A stretch of DNA of 64,000 nucleotides from Candidatus Latescibacterota bacterium. Its GTDB lineage: Bacteria > Latescibacterota > UBA2968 > UBA8231. This document shows positions 9,783 through 19,541 of this stretch, in pieces. The stretch lies in the NCBI GenBank assembly GCA_965203175.1, contig OZ241867.1, positions 5,376,001 to 5,440,000 on the forward strand. The letters run 5' to 3'. The position numbers and the translations under genes were made by a program. A model generated the notes under the pieces. That model was not told the DNA's origin, searched no databases, and saw only the letters and a program-made list of their open reading frames with translations. The first letter of the stretch is position 1; every line of letters starts with the position of its first letter.

Positions 9783-12571
9783 TCTACGCCAGCGTACACC
9801 GAGATAAAGCTAGTGCCGAAGGAGCGACTCTCGCTCTGTTTCACAAGGCCATCGTCACTCAACACCACGGCCTCGTCCCACCGCTTGGTATAGCTAACGC
9901 CAAACTGCGTGGTGAGCTTGTAGCCGAGATAGTGTCCGAGGGTCGTCCACTGCACGGCCAAGACCAAGTTGCGGAAATCACCCGTGTCTTGAGTCGGACC
10001 ATCGTCCAGCAAGGCGTCTTCGTCTAAGACCAGCTCGCGGAAAACCGAATACTCCACTCCGCTTTCGAGAAAGGAGTTGTTCAACACAGGCAGCCGCGCC
10101 TGTAAAATGCCGATCCCCATCCACTCCTTGCGGTCGGGATCGGCCTGTAAAAAGGCCGTCTGATTGAGGTATTCGCTTTTCACCTTGGGTTGCAGCACGA
10201 ACTGGCCGATCTTGCGGGTGTAATCCGCCTTATTGATCAAACCCAGAAACTGCGAGCTTTCATTGAGAATGGGCGCATCGCCGCTTTTGAAAGCCTGACC
10301 GCGCTGACTGAATAGGCTGTATTTGAATTTGTTGATCACATTCAGCTTTTTGAGCGGTTCGTAATCGAATTGCACGTAGCTGTCATTGACCCAGGTGTCT
10401 CTGGCCGGCAGGATGTCCTCAACAAGGGCCAGCGAGACTGTTTGCAGGTATAGCGTCGGCTCGCGGCGCACGTCGGGGATATTGTCCGCGACCTTTTTCA
10501 GCGAATTGAAAAACCGCAAGCGGCCCCATTGCGGGTGGTCGCGGTCGTACGCGAAAACGCCGTAGGTCGCGTGGCTGCGGCGATTGGAGGATATCTCGTC
10601 CTCGCGCAGTCTCCCCACTGTCAATCGCGCCTCCGGCGTCAGGTGTTGGCCAACGTAGACATTGTAGCCCCGGTGATTCCTGCGGTAGGGGTAGTCGGGC
10701 AAGTCGTCGTTTTCAAACCGATCGATCCAGTTGTTGTTGTTGAGGTCAATGCCAAAGAGAAATTCTGGCCGATCGACGTTGTAGCGGAAAAACGGCTCCT
10801 CGTAGTCCGGGATGCGATTGCTCAGCGAGATGTTGTCGTTTTGGTTGAAATCCGAGACGAAGTCGTTGTTTTCGTCCCAACCGGGGAAGACGATCGGGTC
10901 GGGGCCACCTTGACCCCTGCGGCTCCAATCAGGCGTGCGATCTTGGTCGTCGTTGTCATCGACAAACTCATACATTGAGGTGCGTTCGTCGTCGTAGTAC
11001 ACGTTGCCGCCTGAATCGACGATAAACGCCGTCGTCGAGTAATCGGGATCCATGCTGAAGGCTTCGCCAAACAAGAAAAACGGATAGGCCTGCTTGGAAA
11101 CGTTGACCATCCAAGCCGCGGCGTCGCGGGCGTGGGTGCTCAGGTTGCGGTCCGCGTTGGCGAGCGTGAGATTGGGGTACTGGGTGTAGTCGCGATTAAT
11201 GTCGTACTCGGCATAGGCGTCAAAGCCCATCAACTGCAACACTTCCATGGTGAATCCGAACACCATGTTGGCCGATGGCAGCCCGTAGTCAAAGACGACG
11301 CGCTGCTGATTTGAATTGTCTGTCACATTGCCTGCGGCGCTGCGGACATCGAACAGCACGGCACCCGCCTGCGCCAAGTCCAAACCCGTAAGCGGCGGGC
11401 TGGGCAAGCTGCCGCGCCCGATCTGGCGATCCGACCACACCTGGATCTTGTAGTCGTTGGCCACCACGAGATCGAACTGGATATCGACGATCTCCGTCGG
11501 CCGCGGGCCAATGTACGCTAGGTCTGTGAAGTCGTAGTTGATGACGATCTGTTCTTCTCCGTCGGCAGCCAGAAACCCCTCCCGGGGAAAGCCGCCGGTA
11601 ATCACCGGCCATTTGGTCGGATCGACTACCACCTCCCGCAAGCGGAATTTCGTGCGCTTCTTGGTGTCAAAATCCTCGGCGGTAATGATGATGTCGTGGG
11701 CAAACAACGCGGCACCGCCTTGGCCGTCTTCTGGGGAATCGTCGCTCAGCACCACAGCGAGGACCCGGATCGGGTCGCTGCCTTGTCCGGCCCCCAAGGA
11801 ACCGATGAACGGGTTGCGTTCAAACGCCTCGGCTAGCGTCTGCGAGTGGTGGGCATTGACCATAGTCGCGCCGACCTTAACAAAATCCCCCACCTGCACC
11901 GTCGCCCGCCCCCCCATCATATTGGTCGCGTTGGTCGAGACGTTGGGCTGGCGCTCGGGGGTGGTGCCGAGGATCGCCTCGCTGGCGCGGGAGAACAACA
12001 GCGTCGCCTCGTATTTGTTCGCGGCAAAATCCATCTGGATGCCGTTGAAACGCGGCTTCGAAAAGGTTAGCGGGGTCAGGGCGGTGCGGATGCGCTCGCC
12101 GATGGTGATCGCCAAGTAATACTGATCGCGCGAGTCAGAGGAGACCGTGACGGCGTTGAACCACGAATTGAACTTGGGGTCTTTGTAGATCGACGAACCG
12201 AATTGGCCCGGTTGTGTCTGGTTCCAGTCGAAAACCAGCCAGCCCCAAGTCTGATAATTCCCATACAGGTCGTAAAACGGCCCGCCTTGGCGGTTGGTGT
12301 TGACGTAGCGCTGGTATAAGTCTCTGGCGTAATTCGAGTACTCCCACTGGCGAAAGCCGTAATCGACGTATAACTCCTGCGGCACGTACCATTTCTTGAG
12401 CGCCGGATCGAGCGCATCGAAGAGGACGCCCGGGCCGCGCGGCTCAAAGGTGAGTTGGGCTCCGCGCTGGGTCCCGAAACGACGGTCCAACGACTGGCCG
12501 GTCACCTCAGTCGCCAGCAATACCAGTGCAAAGAGGACCAGCCACGCAGGCATCCCCCTAGTTCTGCCCAT
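9779..12571 (-). CDS. Large exported hypothetical protein, predicted outer-membrane beta-barrel with Ca-binding loops (paralog 1)
   Basis: 930 aa with signal peptide and GGAGG RBS. Shares 'PALKxWYxPQE', 'FYDLYG.Y.T.GWLV.DW', 'TIG..I.T.LTP.TF.K.RFNG.Q.D', 'DDSPEDG.GG' and 'PFFLFGEAFSMD' with the downstream paralog. Confidence 0.65.
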   Translation of the reverse strand: MGRTRGMPAWLVLFALVLLATEVTGQSLDRRFGTQRGAQLTFEPRGPGVLFDALDPALKKWYVPQELYVDYGFRQWEYSNYARDLYQRYVNTNRQGGPFYDLYGNYQTWGWLVFDWNQTQPGQFGSSIYKDPKFNSWFNAVTVSSDSRDQYYLAITIGERIRTALTPLTFSKPRFNGIQMDFAANKYEATLLFSRASEAILGTTPERQPNVSTNATNMMGGRATVQVGDFVKVGATMVNAHHSQTLAEAFERNPFIGSLGAGQGSDPIRVLAVVLSDDSPEDGQGGAALFAHDIIITAEDFDTKKRTKFRLREVVVDPTKWPVITGGFPREGFLAADGEEQIVINYDFTDLAYIGPRPTEIVDIQFDLVVANDYKIQVWSDRQIGRGSLPSPPLTGLDLAQAGAVLFDVRSAAGNVTDNSNQQRVVFDYGLPSANMVFGFTMEVLQLMGFDAYAEYDINRDYTQYPNLTLANADRNLSTHARDAAAWMVNVSKQAYPFFLFGEAFSMDPDYSTTAFIVDSGGNVYYDDERTSMYEFVDDNDDQDRTPDWSRRGQGGPDPIVFPGWDENNDFVSDFNQNDNISLSNRIPDYEEPFFRYNVDRPEFLFGIDLNNNNWIDRFENDDLPDYPYRRNHRGYNVYVGQHLTPEARLTVGRLREDEISSNRRSHATYGVFAYDRDHPQWGRLRFFNSLKKVADNIPDVRREPTLYLQTVSLALVEDILPARDTWVNDSYVQFDYEPLKKLNVINKFKYSLFSQRGQAFKSGDAPILNESSQFLGLINKADYTRKIGQFVLQPKVKSEYLNQTAFLQADPDRKEWMGIGILQARLPVLNNSFLESGVEYSVFRELVLDEDALLDDGPTQDTGDFRNLVLAVQWTTLGHYLGYKLTTQFGVSYTKRWDEAVVLSDDGLVKQSESRSFGTSFISVYAGVE

Positions 12572-12603
12572 TAAATCCCTCCGTTAGAAAACAAATCTTC
12601 TTA

Positions 12604-12629
12604 GTCATGCTGAGCGCAGCGAAGCATCT
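12604..12629. repeat. Solitary REP-like intergenic motif GTCATGCTGAGCGCAGCGAAGCATCT
   Basis: Matches, from memory, a widespread short-repeat type 'GTCAT(C/G)CTGAGCG(A/C)AGCGAAG(G/C)ATCT'. Internal ATGCT...AGCAT inverted arms. Lies in a 72-bp intergenic gap; only one copy seen. Confidence 0.55.
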
Positions 12630-12643
12630 CATACCCACATGCG

Positions 12644-14842
12644 TTAATAAACCATCTCGACGATACCCACCACCGCATCCTCTTTGGCATCGGTGGCCAA
12701 ATGGACACGGAAGAGGTAAATACCCGGAGGCATCTGTTGTCCGGCAGCATTCGTGCCGTCCCACTGCGCGGAGAAACTCCCACCTCCTTGCTCGCCTGCA
12801 AAGAGCGTGCGGACGAGGTGTCCGGCTAGATCGAACACGCGCACAGTAAGCGGCGCGGCATCGACCAACCGCACCAAATCGCAGTGTATCCGCGTTTCGT
12901 CATTGATCCCATCTCCGTTGGGACTGAAGATACGCGGTTGGGCCGCGACGTTGATCATGAGGCGGCCTCCTGCCAGCGGCACTCTTACCGCTAAGTCGTT
13001 CGGGTCGGCGGCCCCGATAGGTATTAGATCGTCGTCCGCCTCCCCCAGATCGGCCGCATTGCCGCCGATGACCCGCTGGCCAAGGTCGTCGGTAGCACTG
13101 TTCCAAGCGGTGCCGGTAAAGGTCGTGCCAAACCTCAGCACGCGGCACTTGAAGCGAATTTTGACCAGCGCCGCCCGGCCCTTGGCCAAATCGCTTTCCG
13201 TGATTGCGGGAAAGCGCACCCGCAGATGCCGCTCGGCCACCGATTCCACGGCAAAAAGACCGCTGTCGTCTTGCACGGGTAGATTAGTCAGGTCCACGCC
13301 CGTGAAATCCGCTGTTTGCACTTGGCCGTCTGCGTGTACCACTTCGATAGTCTCAACCTCTTCAGAGCGCACGGGCGTGGCGATCTCAAAAACATCGAAA
13401 CCTATATCGACGCCCTGGCGCATCTTGGTCGGCAGGACGGCATACGTAAACGACACCGGAACGCCCAGTTCGACTTGGCGCGGGACGACCTCGCTGATGA
13501 TCCGCTCCGTCAGCGGCGGGTTGGACACTGTAAAGGCGAGCGCACCCAACACCCGGGCGGATTCCAAGTTTTGGCTGTTGAATTCAGCCTTCAACTGGAA
13601 ATAACGACGCGGGCCGGGCGAGAGGATGGGTACGCCCTGTGCGTCGTCGCCGATGTTTGCGGCGTTTACAGTACCCGCAGTTAGCTTATAGGGCGGCGAC
13701 CAGCGGCTCCAAGCGACTAAGTCGTCGCGCACGTCGCCCTTATCCGCCTTTTTCAAATCGTCGTACTCGTCCTGCGTCAACGCCACCCGGCTGCGCTCGT
13801 CAATGGGCAGGGCGTTGAAGAAGTCGAGGGCTTCTTCAACATCGTCAACCGCGTCTAAGTCAATCGCATCGCCTGTCGCCGTATTCGCAACCGCTCCTTC
13901 CCGCCACGGCACCTCTTCACCGCTGCCTGGATGCAGGCGAGTGAATTCCAACGGCGTATCGTCCCAGCCGCTGCGCGAACTGATCAGCAAGCGCGACAGG
14001 CGTTCTGTACCAAAGTGCTCCTCCTCCCAGCGGATGCGTCCCCACAGCGCCAATTCCTCGCCAAAATCGAAGATGTTGGAAAGGTAGTCGGCGCGGGGCA
14101 CAAACCCGGAGCCAAAGACGCGGAATTCCGCAACCTCAAACCCCACGGTGGTCTGCGATTTCAGGCGGATATAGCGGACGTATTGCGGCGGGATGGTCAG
14201 TTCGACGACCGGCTGTTCGTTTTCCGTCTCCAGTTCGACGGTGGTCAGCACCGGCTGATTGGCCACCTGCGTTTCTTCGCTGCCGTCGTTGAGCAGCAGT
14301 TCAAAGCCGCGCAGGAAATCGTTCTGGAACGGGAAATCGGGGGCGGGAAAATCGGGGTGCGCGTTGCGGGGGAAAAACTGGATTCGCTCGACGCCGAACC
14401 GCGCGCCGAGATCGAAGTCCATGATTACCCCAAGTGAGTTGACCTGGCTCGCCCCGCGGGCTGTCTTGCGCTCAAAGGCGGTCGTGGGATCGTCGTCGAT
14501 CATAAAAATTAGCTGGTCTTTTATGACCTGCGACAATATGGTCGGCGCGCCGAGGCGACCGCCGCGGTCGAGGAGGTCCAAAGCGATATTTACGGTCTCA
14601 TCCGCCTGTTGCGGCGACAACCAGCCCACCCGGCCGTCGGCATCAAACTCGAGCACATTGCCCGGGGTATTGCTAACCTCGACCTCGGTCGGACCGGTTT
14701 GTATTAAGGCCGCGATAGTCCCACCGCCGCTCGCCCACTCCAACCCATCCTCGCCACCCATGACAATAGTGCGGCGCTCCGCCCCTAGATTTTGAACCGC
14801 CAACAATACCAGCACCAGCGCCTGCGCGCGCGGATACAACAC
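12644..14842 (-). CDS. Secreted protein: discoidin/F5-8C-like domain, beta-sandwich region and C-terminal CHU_C/FlgD-Ig (T9SS-CTD-like) module (paralog 3)
   Basis: Signal peptide. 'DFDLGARFGVERIQFFPR', 'WSRWSPPY', and tail 'IFSPNGDGINDE...VRVFDLAGHLVRTL...WDGTNAAGQQMPPGIYLFRV...VEMVY'. Confidence 0.78.
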   Translation of the reverse strand: MLYPRAQALVLVLLAVQNLGAERRTIVMGGEDGLEWASGGGTIAALIQTGPTEVEVSNTPGNVLEFDADGRVGWLSPQQADETVNIALDLLDRGGRLGAPTILSQVIKDQLIFMIDDDPTTAFERKTARGASQVNSLGVIMDFDLGARFGVERIQFFPRNAHPDFPAPDFPFQNDFLRGFELLLNDGSEETQVANQPVLTTVELETENEQPVVELTIPPQYVRYIRLKSQTTVGFEVAEFRVFGSGFVPRADYLSNIFDFGEELALWGRIRWEEEHFGTERLSRLLISSRSGWDDTPLEFTRLHPGSGEEVPWREGAVANTATGDAIDLDAVDDVEEALDFFNALPIDERSRVALTQDEYDDLKKADKGDVRDDLVAWSRWSPPYKLTAGTVNAANIGDDAQGVPILSPGPRRYFQLKAEFNSQNLESARVLGALAFTVSNPPLTERIISEVVPRQVELGVPVSFTYAVLPTKMRQGVDIGFDVFEIATPVRSEEVETIEVVHADGQVQTADFTGVDLTNLPVQDDSGLFAVESVAERHLRVRFPAITESDLAKGRAALVKIRFKCRVLRFGTTFTGTAWNSATDDLGQRVIGGNAADLGEADDDLIPIGAADPNDLAVRVPLAGGRLMINVAAQPRIFSPNGDGINDETRIHCDLVRLVDAAPLTVRVFDLAGHLVRTLFAGEQGGGSFSAQWDGTNAAGQQMPPGIYLFRVHLATDAKEDAVVGIVEMVY

Positions 14843-14867
14843 AGCCGACTATCTCCTCATAGGTTGG

Positions 14868-17441
14868 TCAATACGCCACGTGCAGCAGGCGCTGCACTCC
14901 CGTTTGCCGCACTCCGCGATGCGAATCCGCGTCAATGTCGATGCGCAAGATGTAAATCCCAGGCGGCACCAGCCGTCCCTGCTGGTCATCGGCCACCCAG
15001 TCGAGCACGTATTTCCCCGCCACTAAGGACTTCTGAGCATCAAGTCGGCGCACCAACCGCCCGCCTAGATCGTAGATTCGCACTTTGACCGGGCGCACGC
15101 CGCTCAACCGACGTACAGTAAAATCAATGGTTAGCGCGTCGTTGACCCCGTCGCCGTTGGGAGTCACTACTTCCGGCTGGATGCCTAGGTCGCCGAGCAC
15201 GTTGTTGTCCTGCACCGAAGCTAGGATCTGCAGCCCCTGACTCTGGGCCAATTCGGTCACGTCCGCCGGATCGACCCGTTGCCACGAGTTGGCCAACGAC
15301 GAATTGCCCATCGCCGCTTGGAGCACTGCTCCGGGGGAAAACAGAGCCGTCGTAAACCGCACCTCGATCAGATCGACCTGTCCGCCCTGCTTTACCAGCC
15401 GGTCGAGGCGCAACCAGAGTGAGTCGGAGCGCGTCTCCATCACCTGCACATTGGCCAGCTCTTCGGCTTGGCCGCTTTCCCATTGTGCCGTGCTGCCCAA
15501 GCGCAATGCGCCGAATTCGAGCGACATGTCTGGCGGGGTGCGCACTAGGATCTCGTCGAAGCCCAAATCCTGCGACGTGAAGATCGGCTTGACAAATAGC
15601 GAAACCTCCTGCGGCGCGCCCAAGCGCGCAAAGACCCCCGCGTCCAGTTCGCCTTGCAGTTGTTTCGCTACCGGCGGGTTGAAGTTCAAGCGAATGGAGT
15701 GCAGACTGGCTGCATCCAGGGGATCTGGGGTCGTCAACCGGGCGCGCAATAGCAGGTATTGGCGCGGGCTAGGCGAAGCAATCGGATCGCCGGACCGCGC
15801 GTAGGGCGCACTCCAGTTGCTCCAGTCGGACCCAGCCACCTGTAGGGTGTCGATCCGGCCCTTTTTAAAAAAGCCCAACTTCGCGTATTTGCCCTCCGAG
15901 ACTTCCGTGCCACCACTGTCGTAGTACCGGTATGCTTCGGCGACCTCATTACCGGTGCGGGTCTGGATTTGCACGGACGTGCCTGGAGGCGTGTCCGCCT
16001 CCCATTCAATCGATATCAAATTCTTCGCACTGCCCAGCGGAATCAGACCCGAAACCAGTTCCACCTCCGGGTGGTAGCCTTCGCCGTACAACTGGACTTC
16101 GCGGATCCGCGCTTTGGTTCCCTCGCCGCGCACCGACTTATCGATGAAGGGATAGGAAACGCGCACGAAGCGGGCGGGCATAGGTTGAAACCTGTTGGTT
16201 TCGGTATCCCTGCCTATGCCGCGCACCTGTTCGGGTGCGGTCCATATTAGACCGCCGCCCGCCGCCGGCGTGCCGTCCGAAATCTGAATTTCGTATATGT
16301 TGAAGCTGGCCCCGGAAAGCCGCCCACCGCCTGCGAAGAGATTGTACCACATCTGTACGGTATCCAGCCAGAACGACACTCCCAAGTCGAACTCCAAGAA
16401 TCGCTCCCCGAATGTGACACTCCCAGAGGCAAATGCCGCGAGGTTGAAGGTCAAGTAGGTTCCTTCGCCGTCGAGCAGGTTGGCCGCCGACCCCTCGTGG
16501 GAACTCTCCGCGCTACCCTTGCGATCCGCGATCAACCCTTGGGAGATATTCCGGCCCACTTCATAGACTTCTAACTCGGCTAAGCGCGGCCGCTCGCGGC
16601 GATAATAGCGGACGGTGCCGCGCACTTGGGGATCGATTACCTCGTAGATCTCCGGCTCGATCTCAACTTCCCCTTCTCCCACCCTCTTGTAGTAAACCAC
16701 ATCCCCTCGATTGGCCTCTGTGAGTGTCTCGTACTCCCCTTCCGATACCTCTTGTCCCCTCATACCATTGCTCTCGGTCACCACAACCTGCACAAAGCGC
16801 ACCATATCGCCTTCAAAATCTCGGCCCGGCACCATGTGAACCAACTCCCCGCCGTCCAGATCTACCACGAATAAACGCTGGCTCTTGTTGTCACTGGGAG
16901 TCCGGAAAACCTGTTTAGTGGGGACTATGCCCGCGATCTGGGCACCCTTGTCGGCGTTGTCGGCGGTCAGCACTACAAATTGCAGAAAGGGGTCGCCCTC
17001 CCCTTCGGGTACGAACTTCAGTCCGATCCGAGTGGCGTTGATCAAGCGACCCATATCGACCTCGAACCACCAATCCTGCAACGGGCTATCCGGGTCGGGT
17101 TCCCAGTAGGTTGTCTCGTCCCCATCGAAGAGATTGGGGATATCCTCCTCGTTGGAACCCGCTTTTATAGCATCGAGGATGGTCACGCTCTCGGGTTTTC
17201 CAGCGGAGCGCAGCAGATGTTCGAGAATGTCCGTCACGGCGTTGTGGTCCTTGGGGACAAAGGCCGGGCGAACCTCGCCGCTGGGAGCAATAGCCAGCGT
17301 CCCCGGGACGAACGTCCAATGGCTCCAGTGGCTCTGGGTGTTCACCACCACTTGGTTGGATCCCAGACTGTGATCCTGTCCCCAAACGAAATTGCACAAC
17401 CCGAGGCTCATCCCCAGTAAGACCATGATCCTTCTGCTCAT
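14868..17441 (-). CDS. Secreted protein: two discoidin-like domains and C-terminal CHU_C/FlgD-Ig module (paralog 2)
   Basis: Signal peptide. 'NLFDGDETTYWEP..WWFEVDMGR' and a second 'NLLDG..LEFDLGVSFWLD'. Tail 'VVTPNGDGVNDA...IYDLGGRLVRRL...GRLVPPGIYILRI...LHVAY'. Confidence 0.78.
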   Translation of the reverse strand: MSRRIMVLLGMSLGLCNFVWGQDHSLGSNQVVVNTQSHWSHWTFVPGTLAIAPSGEVRPAFVPKDHNAVTDILEHLLRSAGKPESVTILDAIKAGSNEEDIPNLFDGDETTYWEPDPDSPLQDWWFEVDMGRLINATRIGLKFVPEGEGDPFLQFVVLTADNADKGAQIAGIVPTKQVFRTPSDNKSQRLFVVDLDGGELVHMVPGRDFEGDMVRFVQVVVTESNGMRGQEVSEGEYETLTEANRGDVVYYKRVGEGEVEIEPEIYEVIDPQVRGTVRYYRRERPRLAELEVYEVGRNISQGLIADRKGSAESSHEGSAANLLDGEGTYLTFNLAAFASGSVTFGERFLEFDLGVSFWLDTVQMWYNLFAGGGRLSGASFNIYEIQISDGTPAAGGGLIWTAPEQVRGIGRDTETNRFQPMPARFVRVSYPFIDKSVRGEGTKARIREVQLYGEGYHPEVELVSGLIPLGSAKNLISIEWEADTPPGTSVQIQTRTGNEVAEAYRYYDSGGTEVSEGKYAKLGFFKKGRIDTLQVAGSDWSNWSAPYARSGDPIASPSPRQYLLLRARLTTPDPLDAASLHSIRLNFNPPVAKQLQGELDAGVFARLGAPQEVSLFVKPIFTSQDLGFDEILVRTPPDMSLEFGALRLGSTAQWESGQAEELANVQVMETRSDSLWLRLDRLVKQGGQVDLIEVRFTTALFSPGAVLQAAMGNSSLANSWQRVDPADVTELAQSQGLQILASVQDNNVLGDLGIQPEVVTPNGDGVNDALTIDFTVRRLSGVRPVKVRIYDLGGRLVRRLDAQKSLVAGKYVLDWVADDQQGRLVPPGIYILRIDIDADSHRGVRQTGVQRLLHVAY

Positions 17442-17463
17442 CGCACCTATCTCCTGAACACCC

Positions 17464-19494
17464 TCAATAGACGACCGATACGACCCCAGATTTTGTCTCC
17501 CGTCCCTCCTCGGTAGAAGCTTCCACCCGGCAGATGTAGAGCCCCGGGCTTACCTTTTGTCCGCTCCCATCCATCCCGTCCCACCGCTGCACGTGCCGCC
17601 CCGCAGTATCGAGACCATTGTATACCTCCCGCACCCGCCGTCCCGCTAGATCCCGGACCTCCACGATCACCGGCGAGGGTGCTGTCAGCTTGAGCAGGTC
17701 ATAGGAGATGTCCAACCCATCGTTGACGCCGTCCCCATTAGGTGTGAAGATTCCTAAGCTCAGCGACAGCGAGCCTAAAAGCTGACCACCCAGCGACAAC
17801 GACTGGACCGATAGGGTGTTGCCATCGAGGAGCGCCGTAGAGTTACCGGGCTGGATCGGCTGCCGGATATCCTGCGGCATCTCGCTATTGAACACCCGGC
17901 CCGCGAAGATCGCCCCGAAGCGGAATATCTCGCCGTTGAACACCACTTCTATCAACTCCTCGGTCCGATTGAAATCGACCTTCGGCATCGCTACTACTAG
18001 GCGGTCCTCCCCCACTTCCAACTCGGTGAAAGCCACTTCTTCCCCACCGATCCGCACCGCGTCAACGTCCGCCAACCGCCCTCCGTCAACGGATATCTCT
18101 AAGCGGTCAAAACCCGGGGAGTCCAACCCGATTGTGGGCCGGATAGCATAGGTAAACCGAGTCAGTTTGGCGGTCTCCACCTGCCAAGGTTCGATCTCAC
18201 CCACCAGTTCCGCTGCCGCCGGCGGCGACGCGGCGAACTCCACATAGCGCAACTCACTGCCCGCAGCGGCATCCGATTCAAAATCCACTTGGAATTGGAT
18301 GAACTGGCGCGGCCTAGCCGCCGTCAGCGGCACGCCTAGACTGTCGGCGAAGTCGTAGGGGATGGACCACAGATCCCAATTTTCCGCGTCGCGAGTGATC
18401 TTGCCTTGCTCGGATAGTTCCAGCCGCCGGTACGCCCCTCGGGTCAGCGGCCGGCCCCGATCGTTGTAGTTTACCTGTTCGTCGCCCCGGAACGTCTTGC
18501 GCCAGTAGATATTGGGATTGGCGTCGCTCCCGCTCTGGCTGCGGATGGCAACTTTGGCCGCAGCGTCTTTGTGCCCCGACCAGCGGACCCAACCCAGCAC
18601 CATTTCCTCCTCTAGATCGAGGATATTGGACGCGTAAGAGGCCGTGGGCACATAGCCTGGGGCGAAAATTTCGAACTCTGCGATTTCCCAGTCTCGGTTT
18701 TGTGACGACACGAAGAGCGCCAAGCGACGGATGTACTCCCCCGATAGCTCCACATCGACGGTAGGCTTAGTATTTTCCGTGACCTTCCGTTCGGCGTGGA
18801 ACAGCAGATCCTTGCGAAAGAAAAGATCTGCATGCGCCCTGTTGACAAGGCCCACACAGTTGCCGAGATGTCCCGCTCCGCTCGTCGAACACAGATCTGC
18901 GAAGCCGATTCCTAGTTCGGTGTTGGTCGCCGTATTGGTCCATACTTGGAAAGCCTCGATGTAATTTTCTTGGTTTTCGGTTCGCGTGAAAAATCGAATC
19001 TTATTCACGGCAAAGAGACCACCCAAGTCGAACAGAAAGGTCTTCCCGACCGTCAGATATTCCCCCACATTCGACCCACAGCCAACGCGTATCTCGCGCC
19101 TGCAATCAGCGCCTTGCAAGCCGACGTACGCCGTTTCTCTGTCGAGGTCGGTGATCTGCTGTATATCGTCCGCTTCGACCCAAGCTTGGAAGCCCTGAGT
19201 TTGCAAATAGCCGCCCCGCTCCCATACCGTCGGAGCAATGTTCTCCTCTGCGGTAAAGAACAACGGTGAAATCGCGTCGGCTCCGATGATCAGGGACTCG
19301 CCGGACCCGAGTCGAGCCGCCTCGATATCGGCCCAGCTAAACTGGCGCAAGTCGGCTTCACCGCGTTCGACCTCCGGCGGCGGCGGTAGATTCTCACCAC
19401 CCAGCCGATAGATCGTCAATCCCGCGACCGGGACGCCCATCGCTAAGGTCATAAACAGCGCGACTAAGAAGCGACACAAAGGCATTTTGGCCAT
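17464..19494 (-). CDS. Secreted protein: discoidin-like domain and C-terminal CHU_C/FlgD-Ig module (paralog 1)
   Basis: Start moved to ATG 19494 (GGAGGT RBS, signal peptide MAKMPLCRFLVALFMTLAMGVPVAG). Tail 'IFTPNGDGVNDG...VRDLAGRRVREV...WDGMDGSGQKVSPGLYICRV...VSVVY'. Confidence 0.78.
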   Translation of the reverse strand: MAKMPLCRFLVALFMTLAMGVPVAGLTIYRLGGENLPPPPEVERGEADLRQFSWADIEAARLGSGESLIIGADAISPLFFTAEENIAPTVWERGGYLQTQGFQAWVEADDIQQITDLDRETAYVGLQGADCRREIRVGCGSNVGEYLTVGKTFLFDLGGLFAVNKIRFFTRTENQENYIEAFQVWTNTATNTELGIGFADLCSTSGAGHLGNCVGLVNRAHADLFFRKDLLFHAERKVTENTKPTVDVELSGEYIRRLALFVSSQNRDWEIAEFEIFAPGYVPTASYASNILDLEEEMVLGWVRWSGHKDAAAKVAIRSQSGSDANPNIYWRKTFRGDEQVNYNDRGRPLTRGAYRRLELSEQGKITRDAENWDLWSIPYDFADSLGVPLTAARPRQFIQFQVDFESDAAAGSELRYVEFAASPPAAAELVGEIEPWQVETAKLTRFTYAIRPTIGLDSPGFDRLEISVDGGRLADVDAVRIGGEEVAFTELEVGEDRLVVAMPKVDFNRTEELIEVVFNGEIFRFGAIFAGRVFNSEMPQDIRQPIQPGNSTALLDGNTLSVQSLSLGGQLLGSLSLSLGIFTPNGDGVNDGLDISYDLLKLTAPSPVIVEVRDLAGRRVREVYNGLDTAGRHVQRWDGMDGSGQKVSPGLYICRVEASTEEGRETKSGVVSVVY

Positions 19495-19541
19495 GGCTAC
19501 ACCTCCCCAAGGGATTTCGGAGAGTCTAAAAGGGCGGCACT

